DNA of 64,000 bases from Octopus vulgaris (taxonomy: Eukaryota). Each line of letters begins with the position of its first letter. Within the stretch, counting starts at the first letter, position 1. The notes under the pieces were generated by a model. The model saw only the letters and a program-made list of their open reading frames with translations, was not told the origin of the DNA and made no database searches. The position numbers and the translations under genes are program-made. The stretch covers positions 93,124,001-93,188,000 of the forward strand of contig OX597824.1 of the NCBI GenBank assembly GCA_951406725.2, read 5' to 3'. This document shows, one piece after another, positions 13,611 to 26,912 of this stretch.

Positions 13611-14020
13611 CGCAAGCGTGGCTGTGTGATAAGAGGCTTGCTTTCTAACCACATGTTTCTTGTTTCAGTCCCACTACGTGGCACCTTGGGCAAGGGTCTT
13701 CTATTATAGCCTCGGGCCGACCAAAGCCTTGTGAGTGGATTTAGTAGACTGACACTGCTGTATATATATCTGTGTGTGTTTGTGTGTGCGTGCGTGTGTC
13801 TGTGTGTGTGTGTGCGTTGGTGTCTGTTTATCCCTCCGCCACCGCTTGACAACCGATCTTGATGTGTTTATGTACTCGTAACTTAGAGGTTCGGCAAAAG
13901 AGAACGATAAAATCAGTGCTAGGTTTACAAGGAATAAGTCCTGGGCTGGGTTTGTTCGACTAAAAGAGAGGTGCTCCAGCATGGCCACGATCACAATAAC
14001 TGAAACAAGTAGAATAAAAG
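13609..14020 (+). mobile_element. SINE family B
   Basis: GGCGCAAGCGTGGCTGTGTG head to GGTGCTCCAGCATGGCC tail. Confidence 0.85.
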
Positions 14021-14038
14021 ACTATATACATACATACA

Positions 14039-14072
<34 letters not shown>

Positions 14073-14081
14073 CACTTTCAG

Positions 14082-14170
14082 GTTCATTTCTATTATTATT
14101 GGAGCAAGTGGCTACATTGCAACCTGTCTACAGTAAAGCGTGGGTGAACATTGAACCTTGGGGACAGAAT
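14082..14170 (+). CDS. Candidate 89-nt internal exon (xSFLLLLEQVATLQPVYSKAWVNIEPWGQN)
   Basis: Acceptor ACACTTTCAG, donor AAT|GTAAGT, one open frame (phase 1 to 0). No homology recognised. Confidence 0.35.
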
Positions 14171-14353
14171 GTAAGTCCTTAATTCATATTCTACAAATGA
14201 TCGCGATATCTGTGAGTATAAAAATCTACAAGACCGTTTTAAGATTTAGGATATAGCGGTAAAAGACAGTCTCCCTCACAACCTTGCTAGGTGACCCATC
14301 CAAAATTTACTCTAATGTTAAAAAGAGGAAGGTAACATACCTACATGCAAACT

Positions 14354-14662
14354 ATGTATGTATGTATGTATGTATGTATGTATGTATGTATGTATGTATG
14401 TATGTATGTATGTATGTGTGTATGTATGTATGTATGTATGTATGTATGTGTGTGTTTGTATGTATGTAAGTATGTATGTATGTATGTATGTATGTATGTA
14501 TTTATGTATGTATGTATGTATGTATGTGTGTATGTGTGTGTGTCTGTATGTGTGTACGTATGTGTGTGTGTATGTATGTATGTATGTACGTATGTATGTA
14601 TGTATGTATGTGTGTACGTATGTAAGTATGTATGTGTGTACGTATGTATGTATGTATGTATG

Positions 14663-14696
<34 letters not shown>

Positions 14697-14988
14697 TGTA
14701 TGTATGTGTGTGTGTATGTATGTATGTATGTATGTATGTATGTATGTATGTATGTATGTATGTATGTATGTATGTATGTATGTATGTATGTATGCATGTA
14801 TGTATGTATGTGTGTGTGTTGTATGTATGTATGTATGTATGTATGTATGTATGTATGTATGTATGTATGTATGTATGTATGTATGTATGTATGTATGTAT
14901 GTATGTATGTGTGTGTGTATGTATGTGAGTGTATGTGTGTGTGTATGTATGTATGTATGTATGTATGTATGTATGTATGTATGTATGT
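14354..14988 (+). repeat. Long (TATG)n microsatellite, about 635 bp
   Basis: Direct reading. Confidence 0.97.
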
Positions 14989-15123
14989 TAGAAATATGTA
15001 TGTTATGTATGATGCATGTCAGAAATTTGTTATTTAAATGCATATGAGCATGTCTAGAAATGCAACTATATGCATCAGAATACATACATAAAACATACAA
15101 ATCTGCACATACATACAAACAAA

Positions 15124-16575
15124 CAAAAATACCCTGTTGTTGATATTGAAATTCCAATGAAGGAGCCTTGACTCTAGGTTAGAAACCGGTTCTTTCTCTA
15201 TTGGCAAAAAATCTTGAAATAAACTGAATAATGACATACATACATACATACATACATACATACATACATACAAAAATACCCTGTTGTTGATGTTGAAATT
15301 CCAATGAAGGAGCCTTGACTCTAGGTTAGAAACCGGTTCTTTCTCTATTGGCAAAAAATCTTGAAATAAACTGAATAATGACATACATACATACATATAT
15401 ACAAAAATACCCTTTGTTGATGTTGATATTCCAATGAAGGAGCTTTGAATCATGGTTAGAAACTGGTTCTGTCTTTATTGGCGAGAAATCTTGAAATAAA
15501 CTAAACAACGACATACATACATACATACATACATACATACATACATACATACATACATACATACATACATACAAAAATACCCTTTGTTGATGTTGATATT
15601 CCAATGAAGGAGCTTTGAATCATGGTTAGAAACTGGTTCTGTCTTTATTGGCGAGAAATCTTGAAATAAACTAAACAACGACATACATACATACATACAT
15701 ACATACATACATACATACATACAACAAAAATACCCTTTGTTGATGTTGATATTCCAATGAAGGAGCTTTGAATCATGGTTAGAAACTGGTTCTGTCTTTA
15801 TTGGCGAGAAATCTTGAAATAAACTAAACAACGACATACATACATACATACATACATACATACATACATACATACATACATACATACATACATACATACA
15901 AAAATACCCTTTGTTGATGTTGATATTCCAATGAAGGAGCTTTGAATCATGGTTAGAAACTGGTTCTGTCTTTATTGGCGAGAAATCTTGAAATAAACTA
16001 AACAACGACATACATACATACATACATACATACATACATACATACATACATACATACATACAAAAATACCCTTTGTTGATGTTGATATTCCAATGAAGGA
16101 GCTTTGAATCATGGTTAGAAACTGGTTCTGTCTTTATTGGCAAGAAATCTTGAATTAAACTAAACAACGACATACATACATACATACATACATACATACA
16201 TACATACATACATACATACATGCATACATACACACATACATATATACATACATACATACAAAAATACCCTGTTGTTGTTGCTGAAATTCCAATGAAAGAC
16301 CCTTGAATCGTGGTTAGAAACCGGTTCTTTCTCCATTGGGGAGAAATCTTGAAATAAACTGAATAATGACATATATACATACATACATACATACATACAT
16401 ACATACATACATACATACATACATACATACATACATACATACATACATACATACATACATACATACATACATACATACATACATACATACATACATACAT
16501 ACATACATACATACATACATACATACATACATACATACATTCATACATACATACATACATACATACATACATACA

Positions 16576-16607
<32 letters not shown>

Positions 16608-16726
16608 AAAATGACGTGTGTTGATGTTGAAATGTCAATAAAGGAGCCTTGAACCCAGTTAGAAACCGGCTCTTTTCTCTTGGCAAGAAATCTTGAAATA
16701 AACTGAATAATGACATATATACATAC

Positions 16727-16757
<31 letters not shown>

Positions 16758-16811
16758 CATACATACATACATACATACATACATACATACATACATGCAT
16801 GCATACATACA

Positions 16812-16842
<31 letters not shown>

Positions 16843-17020
16843 GCATACATACATACATACATACATACATACATACATACATACATACATACATACATAC
16901 ATACATAAAAAAATACCTTGTTGTTGATGTTGAAATTTCAATAAAGGAGCCTTGAATCTAGTTAGAAACCGGCTCTTTTCTCTTGGCAAGAAATCTTGAA
17001 ATAAAACAGAACAATACATA
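15124..17020 (+). repeat. Composite tandem array: 10 units of about 112 bp, separated by variable (CATA)n
   Basis: Units start near 15124, 15271, 15402, 15572, 15722, 15899, 16061, 16259, 16606 and 16907; consensus ...TTCCAATGAAGGAGCCTTG...GGTTAGAAACCGGTTC...CTTGAAATAAAC. Confidence 0.92.
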
Positions 17021-17587
17021 AATACCAAAAGATAACGAATATATCAGGAGGTACTCTCATAAAGGTAGACACATAAAAGTAAAGAGTGGAAACAACAAAA
17101 TTCCTCCTCTCCGAAATAGCATCCTTAATTCTAATAAAATTAAATAAATAAATATGATATACATTTTATATTAAATATTTGTCTTCCCTTCTTCGAATCT
17201 CTGATTCTAACCAATTTTTCTTTAATTTTCCTTTTATATTTTCCCTTAACCATTCTGTCTATAATTATTTCTTTTGGTATATTTTCATGAAATTTTCCCT
17301 TCATATCTTGTTATATTTTTGGTTGATTTGTTTTTCTAGTTTTATGGGTTCGTTATTACTTTTTTTTTTCTGCGGTTTTTGCGTAAAAAAAATATTATTT
17401 CCAGCTTTTTCGCTCTCCACATATTTTGTTCTCTTGTTGGAAGTTTTACAGAATTACTCTTTTTTTTTTTTTTACATATATTTTCCCGTTCTTTCTATCG
17501 TATTTCCATTTATTATCTTTCCTTTCATAACATTCTCTCTCGCTCTATCAGTCTATCTATTGGGTTGCATACATGTCTCTCTCTCTT

Positions 17588-17645
<58 letters not shown>

Positions 17646-17696
17646 GTGTGTGTATGCATATATATACACACACACACATATATATATATACACATA

Positions 17697-17739
<43 letters not shown>

Positions 17740-17842
17740 TTGAGTATATATGTGTATATCTATATTTTTATATATGTATATCAACATATATATATATAAA
17801 GAGAGAGACAGAGAGAGATACTCTCACACACATACATATATA

Positions 17843-17873
<31 letters not shown>

Positions 17874-17930
17874 GCATGTATGTTGATATACATATATAAA
17901 AATATAGATACACTCATACACATATGTACT

Positions 17931-18037
<107 letters not shown>

Positions 18038-18549
18038 ATATGTATGTTATGTATGTATGTATGTATGTATGTTTGTATACTTAGGTTTCCTCACCCAGTA
18101 TGGACTAATTTTAATTCATTTGTGATTTTTCTCTAATTTGCTTTATATTTCTCATTTGCTTTCTTCGTTTCGTGTAAGGAAAAGCGTTCTCTAGTGATTC
18201 AGTTTCGATTTTAACATCATTTTAAATGTTTACTAATTAGATGCTCAAATTATCAATTGGAACATGAACAATTAATGCAGCTCTACTGATTGGGTTTGCT
18301 GTTGTTTCTCATTTATTTTCGTTAATATCATTTGCGTAATATTTTCGCTATTTCCAGTTTTGTTTGTCTCTCGTGGCATGGTAGGGTGGGATATGACAAA
18401 GAAATTCATGGCATATATACTGAGTGGCATGGTATGTACGAAACTGTGTTGTATAATGTGGTATGGATCGATGTGGTTTTGGTGCGCTAGTAATTGTTTG
18501 ATATGAAATTACATATTCTATGCTATGGTGTGATACAGAAATATTATGA

Positions 18550-18790
18550 TGCGATACGTGGCTTAGTGGTTAGCGGTGATGTTCTCATGACAGTACGACT
18601 GTGGTTTCGATCCCTGGGAACGGGTTTGCGTTATATTCTGGAGTAGGGCAATTCATTTGACGTTGCCCTAGTCTAATTGAGGAAATCTGCGATGGACCGA
18701 CGTCCGGTTCTGCGAGAAATTTATCCCCCTCAGAATCTGAGAAACCATACCTATGAGTCTGTGGCATTGATACGTTCTTTGGATGAGATA
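18550..18790 (+). mobile_element. Old tRNA-derived SINE (D-type head, GCGATGGAC-type tail)
   Basis: GTGGCTTAGTGGTTAG A box, GGTTTCGATCCC B box, GCGATGGACCGACGTCC tail related to the copy at 46556-46876. Confidence 0.6.
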
Positions 18791-19071
18791 GTATATAAGA
18801 ATGTGCAATACCGTATGGCATAGATAAGGTGGTAATTTGTGGCCTAAGCTTTGGTATATTAGGCAGGATGTGATATATTGTAAAGCATGATACAGTGTGA
18901 TGTCTTGCTTTATTGGATATCGAGATATTGTATGTAATGTGAAATGGTGTGATATTTGATAAGGAGGTGAGTTGCAATTTTACGGTGTGTTGTGATGCCA
19001 TACCATCCAGGTGATCATTCCATGTTTTTTCAGAGGTTTGGAAACAGAATAAGCTGAAAGAAATGATTTCA

Positions 19072-19582
19072 ACGTTCTGGGTTCAAATTCCGCCGAGGTC
19101 GACTTTGCCTTTCATCCTTTCGGGGTCGATTAAATAAGTACCAGTTACGCACTGGGGTCGATAAAATCGATTTAATCCGATTGTCTCTCCTTGTTTGTCC
19201 TCTCTGTATTTAGCCCCTTGTGGGCAATAAAGAAATAGGTATTTCGTCTGCCGCTACGTTCTGACTTCCAATTTCGCCGAGGTCGACTTTGGCTTTTATC
19301 CTTTCGGGGTCGATTAAATAAGTACCAGTTACGCACTGGGGTCGATAAAATCGATTTAATCCGATTGTCTCTCCTTGTTTGGCCTCTCTGTATTTAGCCC
19401 CTTGTGGGCAATAAAGAAATAGGTATTTCGTCTGCCGCTACGTTCTGACTTCCAATTTCGCCGAGGTCAACTTTGGCTTTTATCCTTTCGGGGTCGATAA
19501 ATTAATTACCAGTTGCGTACTGTGGTCGATCTAATCGACTGTCCTCTTCCCCCAAAAATTTCGGTCTTTGTGTAGAAAAAAT
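19072..19582 (+). mobile_element. SINE family A trimer with a 184-bp internal tandem duplication
   Basis: Private variant CTGACTTCCAATTTCGCC is shared by the segments starting near 19239 and 19423. Confidence 0.85.
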
Positions 19583-20166
19583 ATTTTTTCCTTTACATGT
19601 TAAACTGATATACCTCCGTCGCCTCTCTCAGCCTCTCATATATTTCTAGTCATGGAGCTTGTATATGGCTTGCCAGTTCCTATTCTGCAATTGTTTTTAA
19701 TGGCATGTGTTTCATTAAATGTGTAATGCTTACACAATATTGATTTTATAGGTTTTTTTCCCATGTTTTTTCAAATACTTTTATTTGAAATTATTTATGT
19801 AGCATGTTGCTAAATTTTTGAGTGAGTTCATTTAAAGATATAGCATCGATGCTTTCATATCTGGGTTTTCCATTTTCTTTCCTATCGTTCCACTATTTAC
19901 CCGGATACACTGATCGCACGGCATTTGCATCACACTAGCTTATAATTTCCTAGTTTTTTGGGGGTTTTTTTCTATATATAGGCGCAGGTGTGGATGTAGC
20001 GTAAGTAGCTTGGTTCTCAACCTCGTGGTTCCCGTTTCAGTCCTACTATATCCTCCGACCAATCAAAGCTTTGTGACCGGATTTGGTAGGCGGAAACTGG
20101 AAAAAACCCTTTGTGTGTGTATATGTGTGTATATATATATGTATATATATATATATATATATACAT

Positions 20167-20247
<81 letters not shown>

Positions 20248-20260
20248 ACTATATATTAGG

Positions 20261-20590
20261 GCACTCCATCGATTACTATGACGAGGGTTCCATTTGATCC
20301 AATCAAAGGAACAGCCTGCTCGTGAAATTAACGTGCAAGTGGCTGAGTACTCCACAGACACCTGTACCCTTAACGTAGTTAACATAGGTACAAAACGGAA
20401 TCAGGAAGAAAGTGTAAGAGAAAATTGTGGCGAAAGAGTACAGCAAGGTTCGCTACTACCCCCTGCCGGAGCCTCGTGGAGCTTTAAGTGTTTTCGCTTA
20501 ATAAAACTCACAGCACCAGGTCTGGGAATCGAAACCGCGATCCTAGACCGTGAATCTGTTACCCTAACCATTGGGCCATTGCGCCTCCAC
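20261..20590 (-). mobile_element. SINE family C, internally deleted
   Basis: Head GGAGGCGCAATGGCCCAATGGTTAGGG; tail TTCACGAGCAGGCTGTTCC... Confidence 0.85.
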
Positions 20591-20597
20591 TACATGT

Positions 20598-20639
<42 letters not shown>

Positions 20640-20859
20640 GAGGATAACTACTAGAAAAGACAGTTATGCAGATGAATAATCTGCAGAGTGGAACTAGTTT
20701 GGAGGTTTTTAAATATAGAAAGGCGTAGAAAGGAAAAAGAAGATTTAAAAATTCCAGTTCCATTGCGTCGAATCAAATAGAGAACTAAATGGTTTTCTGT
20801 ATATATGAATAACATAGTTTTAATTTTCTCAAATCTGAATTGGCGTCCCTGGAGACATT

Positions 20860-21170
20860 ACCAACCACCTGCTGGTATAGCTAAATACACAACTGACATC
20901 GGTTGTGTTACGATCGTCTCTTTCAAGTGCACTGTGCGAGTGTATCTGTGTGTGTGTGTGTATTTATGTCTGTGTGCGCGCGCATGTGTGTGTAGAAGTC
21001 ACTGGTTCACAGAGAACACCTCCTCGTATAGTTGAATACACAACTGACACTGATAGTGTTATGAACTTTTTTGTCAAGTGCACGGCGTGTATGTGTGTGT
21101 ATGTATGTGTGTGTGTGTGTGTATGTATGTGTGTGTGTGTGTCGAAGTCCGTGATCCTCCGAGGATATGC
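20860..21170 (+). repeat. Diverged tandem duplication of about 151 bp containing (TG)n
   Basis: AATACACAACTGACA and TCAAGTGCAC each occur twice, about 150 bp apart. Confidence 0.75.
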
Positions 21171-22029
21171 AAGAAAGCGGATATGAAATAAACACTATCG
21201 TACCTAAAATGGTAGCATTCGAATACAGTCTTTCTATATTCGAGCTACATATTTAATGCAAAAGATTCTTCAACAACTAATCTGTTCACAAACGAAAGTC
21301 AAAAATGAAAATGGCAAACTGTTTGAAAACGAAAATTAAACAAAATACCGTAGACTAATTAATTTCAAATATCAAACACCGAGGTTATTCACCCACACAC
21401 CTGTACTAAGAACACAGAGTAATCAGACTAAAAATTCGCTACCCAGACATTCTTTAAGTAAAAGAAATTGTTTTTTCCAAAGAAAAATTGAATAACCGAA
21501 AATCGATCGGTTGCCGTCTAGAGAAATTAGAAAAAATACTTAATATGGTGAGCACCAAACATCTAATTAAAAATATTATTAAATGTAATGTAGAAAGACT
21601 AGATTAGATTACCGGTATCATTCTAATCTTATTGTTAAATATGATTGTTATTCTGGTTCTGGATATGATTTACGAGCAATCGTCAGAGAAACAGGTACTT
21701 TCGCCTGCTTAAACACAGAACGGCAGGTAATAACAGAGAGAGAAATGTAATGAGATAGCCTGAAGAATTGAATATATTTTGGAAAATCTATAAGACAGTA
21801 GTGCATAGAAGGGAGAAAATTTAAAGAAGATTCAGCTATGTAGTGCAAAAGCTTGCACCAGGTCCTTAAATTTACATAAGCAAATATGATGTTACGGTGT
21901 CATGTGATGGAATATATGTTGCTGTCTTTCATACGTCGAGGTATTATACAGAGGTTCATACGCTCGCGTATGTCTCTCAGGTATTATAAGAAATTATTAA
22001 TATATATTCGTACAACGTTGTATCTATAT

Positions 22030-22840
22030 CGGACGTGTCTGTGTGATTAAGAAGTTTTCTTTAAAACACCGCGGTTTCAGGTTAAGTCCCACTGTACTTT
22101 AGGCAACTGACATTTACTTACCACGGGACCGGATAATGTCTTGGAAAAGAATTCGATAGATGGAAATTATTTAGAAACTTGTTTATATGAAAATGTGTGT
22201 CTGCGATTATGTTTGTCCACCTTCCCCGTCTCACAACCGATGCTGGTTGGTTTATGTGTCCATAATATTGCGGTTCGTGAAGCGAGACCGATAGAATAGT
22301 TACCAAAATATAAGTATTTAGATTTATCTGTTCGACGAAGTCGTTCAAGTGAGTGCTCCAGCATGGCAGCAGTCCAGTGGCTGAAACAAGTAAAATATAT
22401 ATAGTGACTGGCGGTGCCAACGGGTGAGATGGATTTTATTTCTTCTTAGAACAATTCTAGATTTGGCTTTGCTTCCCAACCACATGATTTCGGGTTGAGT
22501 TCTACTGCCTGGCAACTTGTTCAAATATGTTCTACTATGGCCTCGGTTCTACCAACGCTTTGTGAGTGGATTTGGTTGAGGGAAACTGAAAGAAGCCTGT
22601 GGGTCTCTCTTTGTGTCTGTGTTTGTTTCCCCACGTACAAAGAATAAGTCCTGGTGACAATCAATGTTGGTTCGTTTATGTTGCCGTAGCTTAGCGGCTC
22701 GGCACAAAAGAACAATAGAATAAGTGCTAGGCTTACAGGGAATAAGTCCTGGTGTCGATTTCTTAGACTAAAACCCTACAAGGCGGTGCTCCAGCATGAC
22801 CGGTGTCAAATGACTGGAACAAAAGAATAAAAGAATAACA
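22030..22840 (+). mobile_element. Two adjacent diverged SINE-B copies
   Basis: Tails GTGCTCCAGCATGGC (near 22355) and GGCGGTGCTCCAGCATG (near 22785). Confidence 0.75.
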
Positions 22841-24125
22841 GAAGAAATAATCTTTCCACTGAGAGAACGAATAAATTGGCGTAACATTGATGAAGAAGCA
22901 GATTATTTCTTATCAAGGGAGTTTCTTCCGAAATGAAAGAACACAAAGGAATTACTGGGTTGGAATGGGTTTCGAGATTATGACTCAAAAGTATCCTGAG
23001 ACACTTAAAATGTCACACCCCGAACTGGGATGGGTCGCGGAGCACAAGCAGCTGATACTGTTGGGTAGATAAACGCGATGCTACAAATGTACAAATAGAA
23101 ATTGCCTCAAGGATTTCTAACCCCCCCCTCTCCCCCCAAAAAAAAAAAACAGTAATGGAGAATACCCTTCGTCTGTCATTTCTGCTTTTGTTGGTGAGAG
23201 AAAGCTTCGAGGCAATTAGTGTTTTCACAACTGTAACATTGCAGTTTTCTATTCAGTATCAATTAGGAAAGCAACTACAACACAAACAATCATAGCAGCT
23301 GCAACAGAATGCAACCGCAAAAGCAATGACCGCAGCACCTACGACAACAACCTGAAGAAGAACAATATAGATGGAAACAGCAGTAACATACGCCAAGTGG
23401 AACACTATATCCAAGAGTCAGCGCATCACCACAACAATGAAAACTCCCCCGAAAACAATAGTAAAACAGAAAGTCTATTATCCTCAAGCCACGGACCTTC
23501 TCATTAAAGACCCCTCAGTTAGGTTTTATAGCAAAGGTGAAAGATTGTTTTCGTTCGTTTACATTTAATCACACGTATTAAGTACTAAATAAATTCTTTG
23601 CCCCGTTATCAATATGCGCTCGCATAGTTCAAACGATGTGAACTCACATACGGTCACATATATTTTGATTTACATCAAGCTATAGTCGAGGAAATTTCGC
23701 ATGCAAAAACATTATGTTTCCATCAAGTTATCAGAAAGAAACATTTATAATTTCCAGCTAAAGGACACTAACCTTATTTGTAAACTTAATCCATTTATTG
23801 ACAATAGATGCGAGAACAACGCAGTGGATTGGTTACTTTAACAATACTACTCTGCATCTGATATGACTCCATCCTCATAAAATATTATCTTAAAAAAATT
23901 ATATAACTGCCAGTTGTCATCCTCCAGTTTCTGTTGATATGGATACTTTAACTCAGCAATAAAGAAATACAATTCAGACTTTAAAATTCTTTTGTATAAT
24001 TCTTTATTTCTGATTTTACTGTTTAATTTCCGATTTCCATTGTATTGGTTTTAGAAGAACTCCAGCAACTCCCGGAAGTTACACTAATATAATACACACA
24101 TAAACACACACATATGAATATGTAC

Positions 24126-24210
<85 letters not shown>

Positions 24211-24290
24211 ATTTCAATGTTATTTATGGGATGACTTGATACAGGCATACACAGACATACGCAGATGTCTATTATATATGCATATATATG

Positions 24291-24324
<34 letters not shown>

Positions 24325-24384
24325 CATTGTGTGTGTGTATGCATATGGACATATCTTTTCTTTTATACATTTTTCTTTAACTAT

Positions 24385-24815
24385 ACTCTTTTACTCTTTA
24401 AACTTGTTTAAGTCATATGACAGCAGCCACGCTGGAGCACTGCCTTTAGTCGAGCAAATCGACCCAGCAATTATTTTTGTAAGCTTAGTACTTATGCTAT
24501 AGGCCTGTTTTGCCGAACCGCTAAGTTACGGGGACGTAAACACACCAGCACCGTTTGTCAAGCGATATTCTGGGAACAAAGGCACACAAACACAGACACA
24601 CACACACACATACACATACACACACATATATATATATACACATATATATATATATACACATATACATATATATATATATACGATGGGCTTCTTTCAGTTT
24701 CCGTCTACCAAATCTACTCACAAGGCTTTGGTCGGCCCGAGGCTATAGTAGAAGACACTCGCCCAAGTGGGACTGAACCCGGAACCATGGGGTTGGCGAG
24801 GCACTCCTGCGCCTA
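24385..24815 (-). mobile_element. SINE family B
   Basis: Family motifs with an internal (TG)/(TA) tract. Confidence 0.85.
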
Positions 24816-24904
24816 TAGCTACTCCTGCGTCTATGTTTAGGCTTTATCGTTTTTATTCTATATTTTCTGATTAGCTTTTTTACAGTAGATTTCTTAAAAA
24901 TGTG

Positions 24905-24943
24905 TTCGACGTTTCTAGACATTCACAGTCTCATCTTCAAGAA
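24905..24943 (-). ncRNA. Minimal Penelope-type hammerhead variant
   Basis: Minus strand UUC-UUGAAGA-U-GAGAC-N7-GUCU(A)-GAAAC-GUC-GAA. Confidence 0.45.
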
Positions 24944-25177
24944 ATGAATCTACATAGTAGGCGTTTGTGTTATGTCTTATTTACAAATTAACCACCAAAG
25001 GTTTATTAACCGTTAGCACTATGTCACAACAGTCACGTGCTGATTTGCTTGTACAGGTTAATTTCTGAATGTTAGGTATTGTTATATGTTTTACGTAAGT
25101 ATCCACCTGTTAATCTTGACATCGTACTAGTATGTGTGTATTTGTGCGCATGGGTACGTCTTTGTTTGTGCATGTCA

Positions 25178-25239
<62 letters not shown>

Positions 25240-25248
25240 CTGTGTATG

Positions 25249-25279
<31 letters not shown>

Positions 25280-25338
25280 ATATATATATATATGTATGTA
25301 TGTATATGTATGTATATATACATATATATATATATATG

Positions 25339-25503
<165 letters not shown>

Positions 25504-25891
25504 CACGCATTCGATATGTGTCTATATTTTGTCTAATAGCCGGAAAAATCTTCCTGCTTTTCTCCTTTTCTCTGTGCGTCATATTCTTTTTTTTTTTTGC
25601 ATTACAATTCTTCAACTTTAGTTATTCCGTTACTCATTCGATTATATATGATTTAATGTCAAAACAATGTAAAATGCCGGAATTATCACAACAGTTATTG
25701 CTTCAGTTAATTCAATAAGTGAATACATATCGCTACATGATAACTAACTAGACGTTCTTTACTTTATCTGAAGTAAAAAACCAAAGACGAATACTCCATC
25801 TTATTGACAATAGATTTACTAAGAGATACGTCATGTTTCTGTCTAATGTTCTCCTTATTTCTTTACGCTATCTCATAGTTCTTCTTTCTGT

Positions 25892-26274
25892 GGAGGCGCA
25901 ATGGCCCAGTGGTTAAGGCAGTGGACTCGCGGTCATAGGATCGCGGTTTCGATTCCCAGACCGGGCGTTGTGAGTGTTTATTGACCGAAAACACCTAAAG
26001 CTCCACGAGGCTCCGGCAGGGGATGGTGGTGATCCCTGCTGTACTCTTTCACCACAATTTTCTCTCACTCTTACTTCCTGTTTCTGTTGTACCTGTATTT
26101 CAAAGGGCCGGCTTTGTCACTCTCTGTGTCACGCTGAATATCCCCGAGAACTACGTAAATGGTACACTTGTCTGTGGAGTGCTCGGCCACTTGCACGTTA
26201 ATTTCACGAGCAGGCTGTTCCGTTGATTCGGATCAACCGGAACCCTCATCGTCGTAACCGACGGAGTGCTTCCA
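25892..26274 (+). mobile_element. SINE family C, full-length, 15-bp TSD
   Basis: Perfect TSD AGTTCTTCTTTCTGT at 25877-25891 and 26275-26289; A box TGGCCCAGTGG, B box GGTTTCGATTCCC. Confidence 0.93.
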
Positions 26275-26479
26275 AGTTCTTCTTTCTGTTTCAAGGATAA
26301 CGTGGGTGTATTACTTCATTATAATAAGCAATTCAGTTAGGGGCAACCATGTGGCAGAATGGTGAGGACGCGGAGCAAGACGTTTAGCGGCATTTCGCTC
26401 ATATTTATATAATGATTTCATTTTTCCGCCAGGGTCGACTTTGTAATTCCTCATTTCGAGGTCTCTTTCATTGTCTTTT

Positions 26480-26730
26480 AGACGTTTCAGTCATCTGACT
26501 GCGGCCATGCTGGGGTACCGCCTTAAGTCGAACGAATCGACCTCAGGACTTATTCTTTGTTATCCTAGTATTTATTATATCGGTCTCTGTAGCTGAACGG
26601 CTAAGTTTCGGGGACATAAGTACACCAACAACAGTGGTCAAGCGATGTTGTAAGGACAAACACAGATACAAAGGCACACACACATAAATATATACACACA
26701 CACAAACACACACACACGCAGACCCACCCC

Positions 26731-26775
<45 letters not shown>

Positions 26776-26912
26776 ACGGGCTTCTTTCAGTTTCTGTCTA
26801 CCAAATCCACCCACAAGGCTTTGCTCGACTCGAAGACACTTGCCCAAGGTGCCATGCTGTGGGACTGAACCCGAAAACACGTGGTTGGGAGACAATCTTC
26901 TTACCACACAGC
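26480..26912 (-). mobile_element. SINE family B
   Basis: Family motifs. Confidence 0.8.

Noticed and set aside
14083-14136. IIIGASGYIA Rossmann-like motif in an alternative frame
   Set aside because: Followed by a stop before the strong donor; no further dehydrogenase exons seen.
14318-15157. Long YIHT/MYVC ORFs, and all [10 protein letters not shown] ORFs elsewhere
   Set aside because: Microsatellite artefacts.
15124-17020. CRISPR-like repeat-spacer appearance
   Set aside because: Repeats are about 112 bp, the spacers are microsatellite rather than unique sequence, the context is eukaryotic and there are no cas genes.
15475-17028. 517-aa minus-strand ORF
   Set aside because: Translation of stop-free (TATG)n plus array units read in shifting frames; no protein-like content.
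23350-23380. CTGAAGA...GAAAC hammerhead-like spacing
   Set aside because: No stem pairing; lies in a CAA/CAG low-complexity tract.
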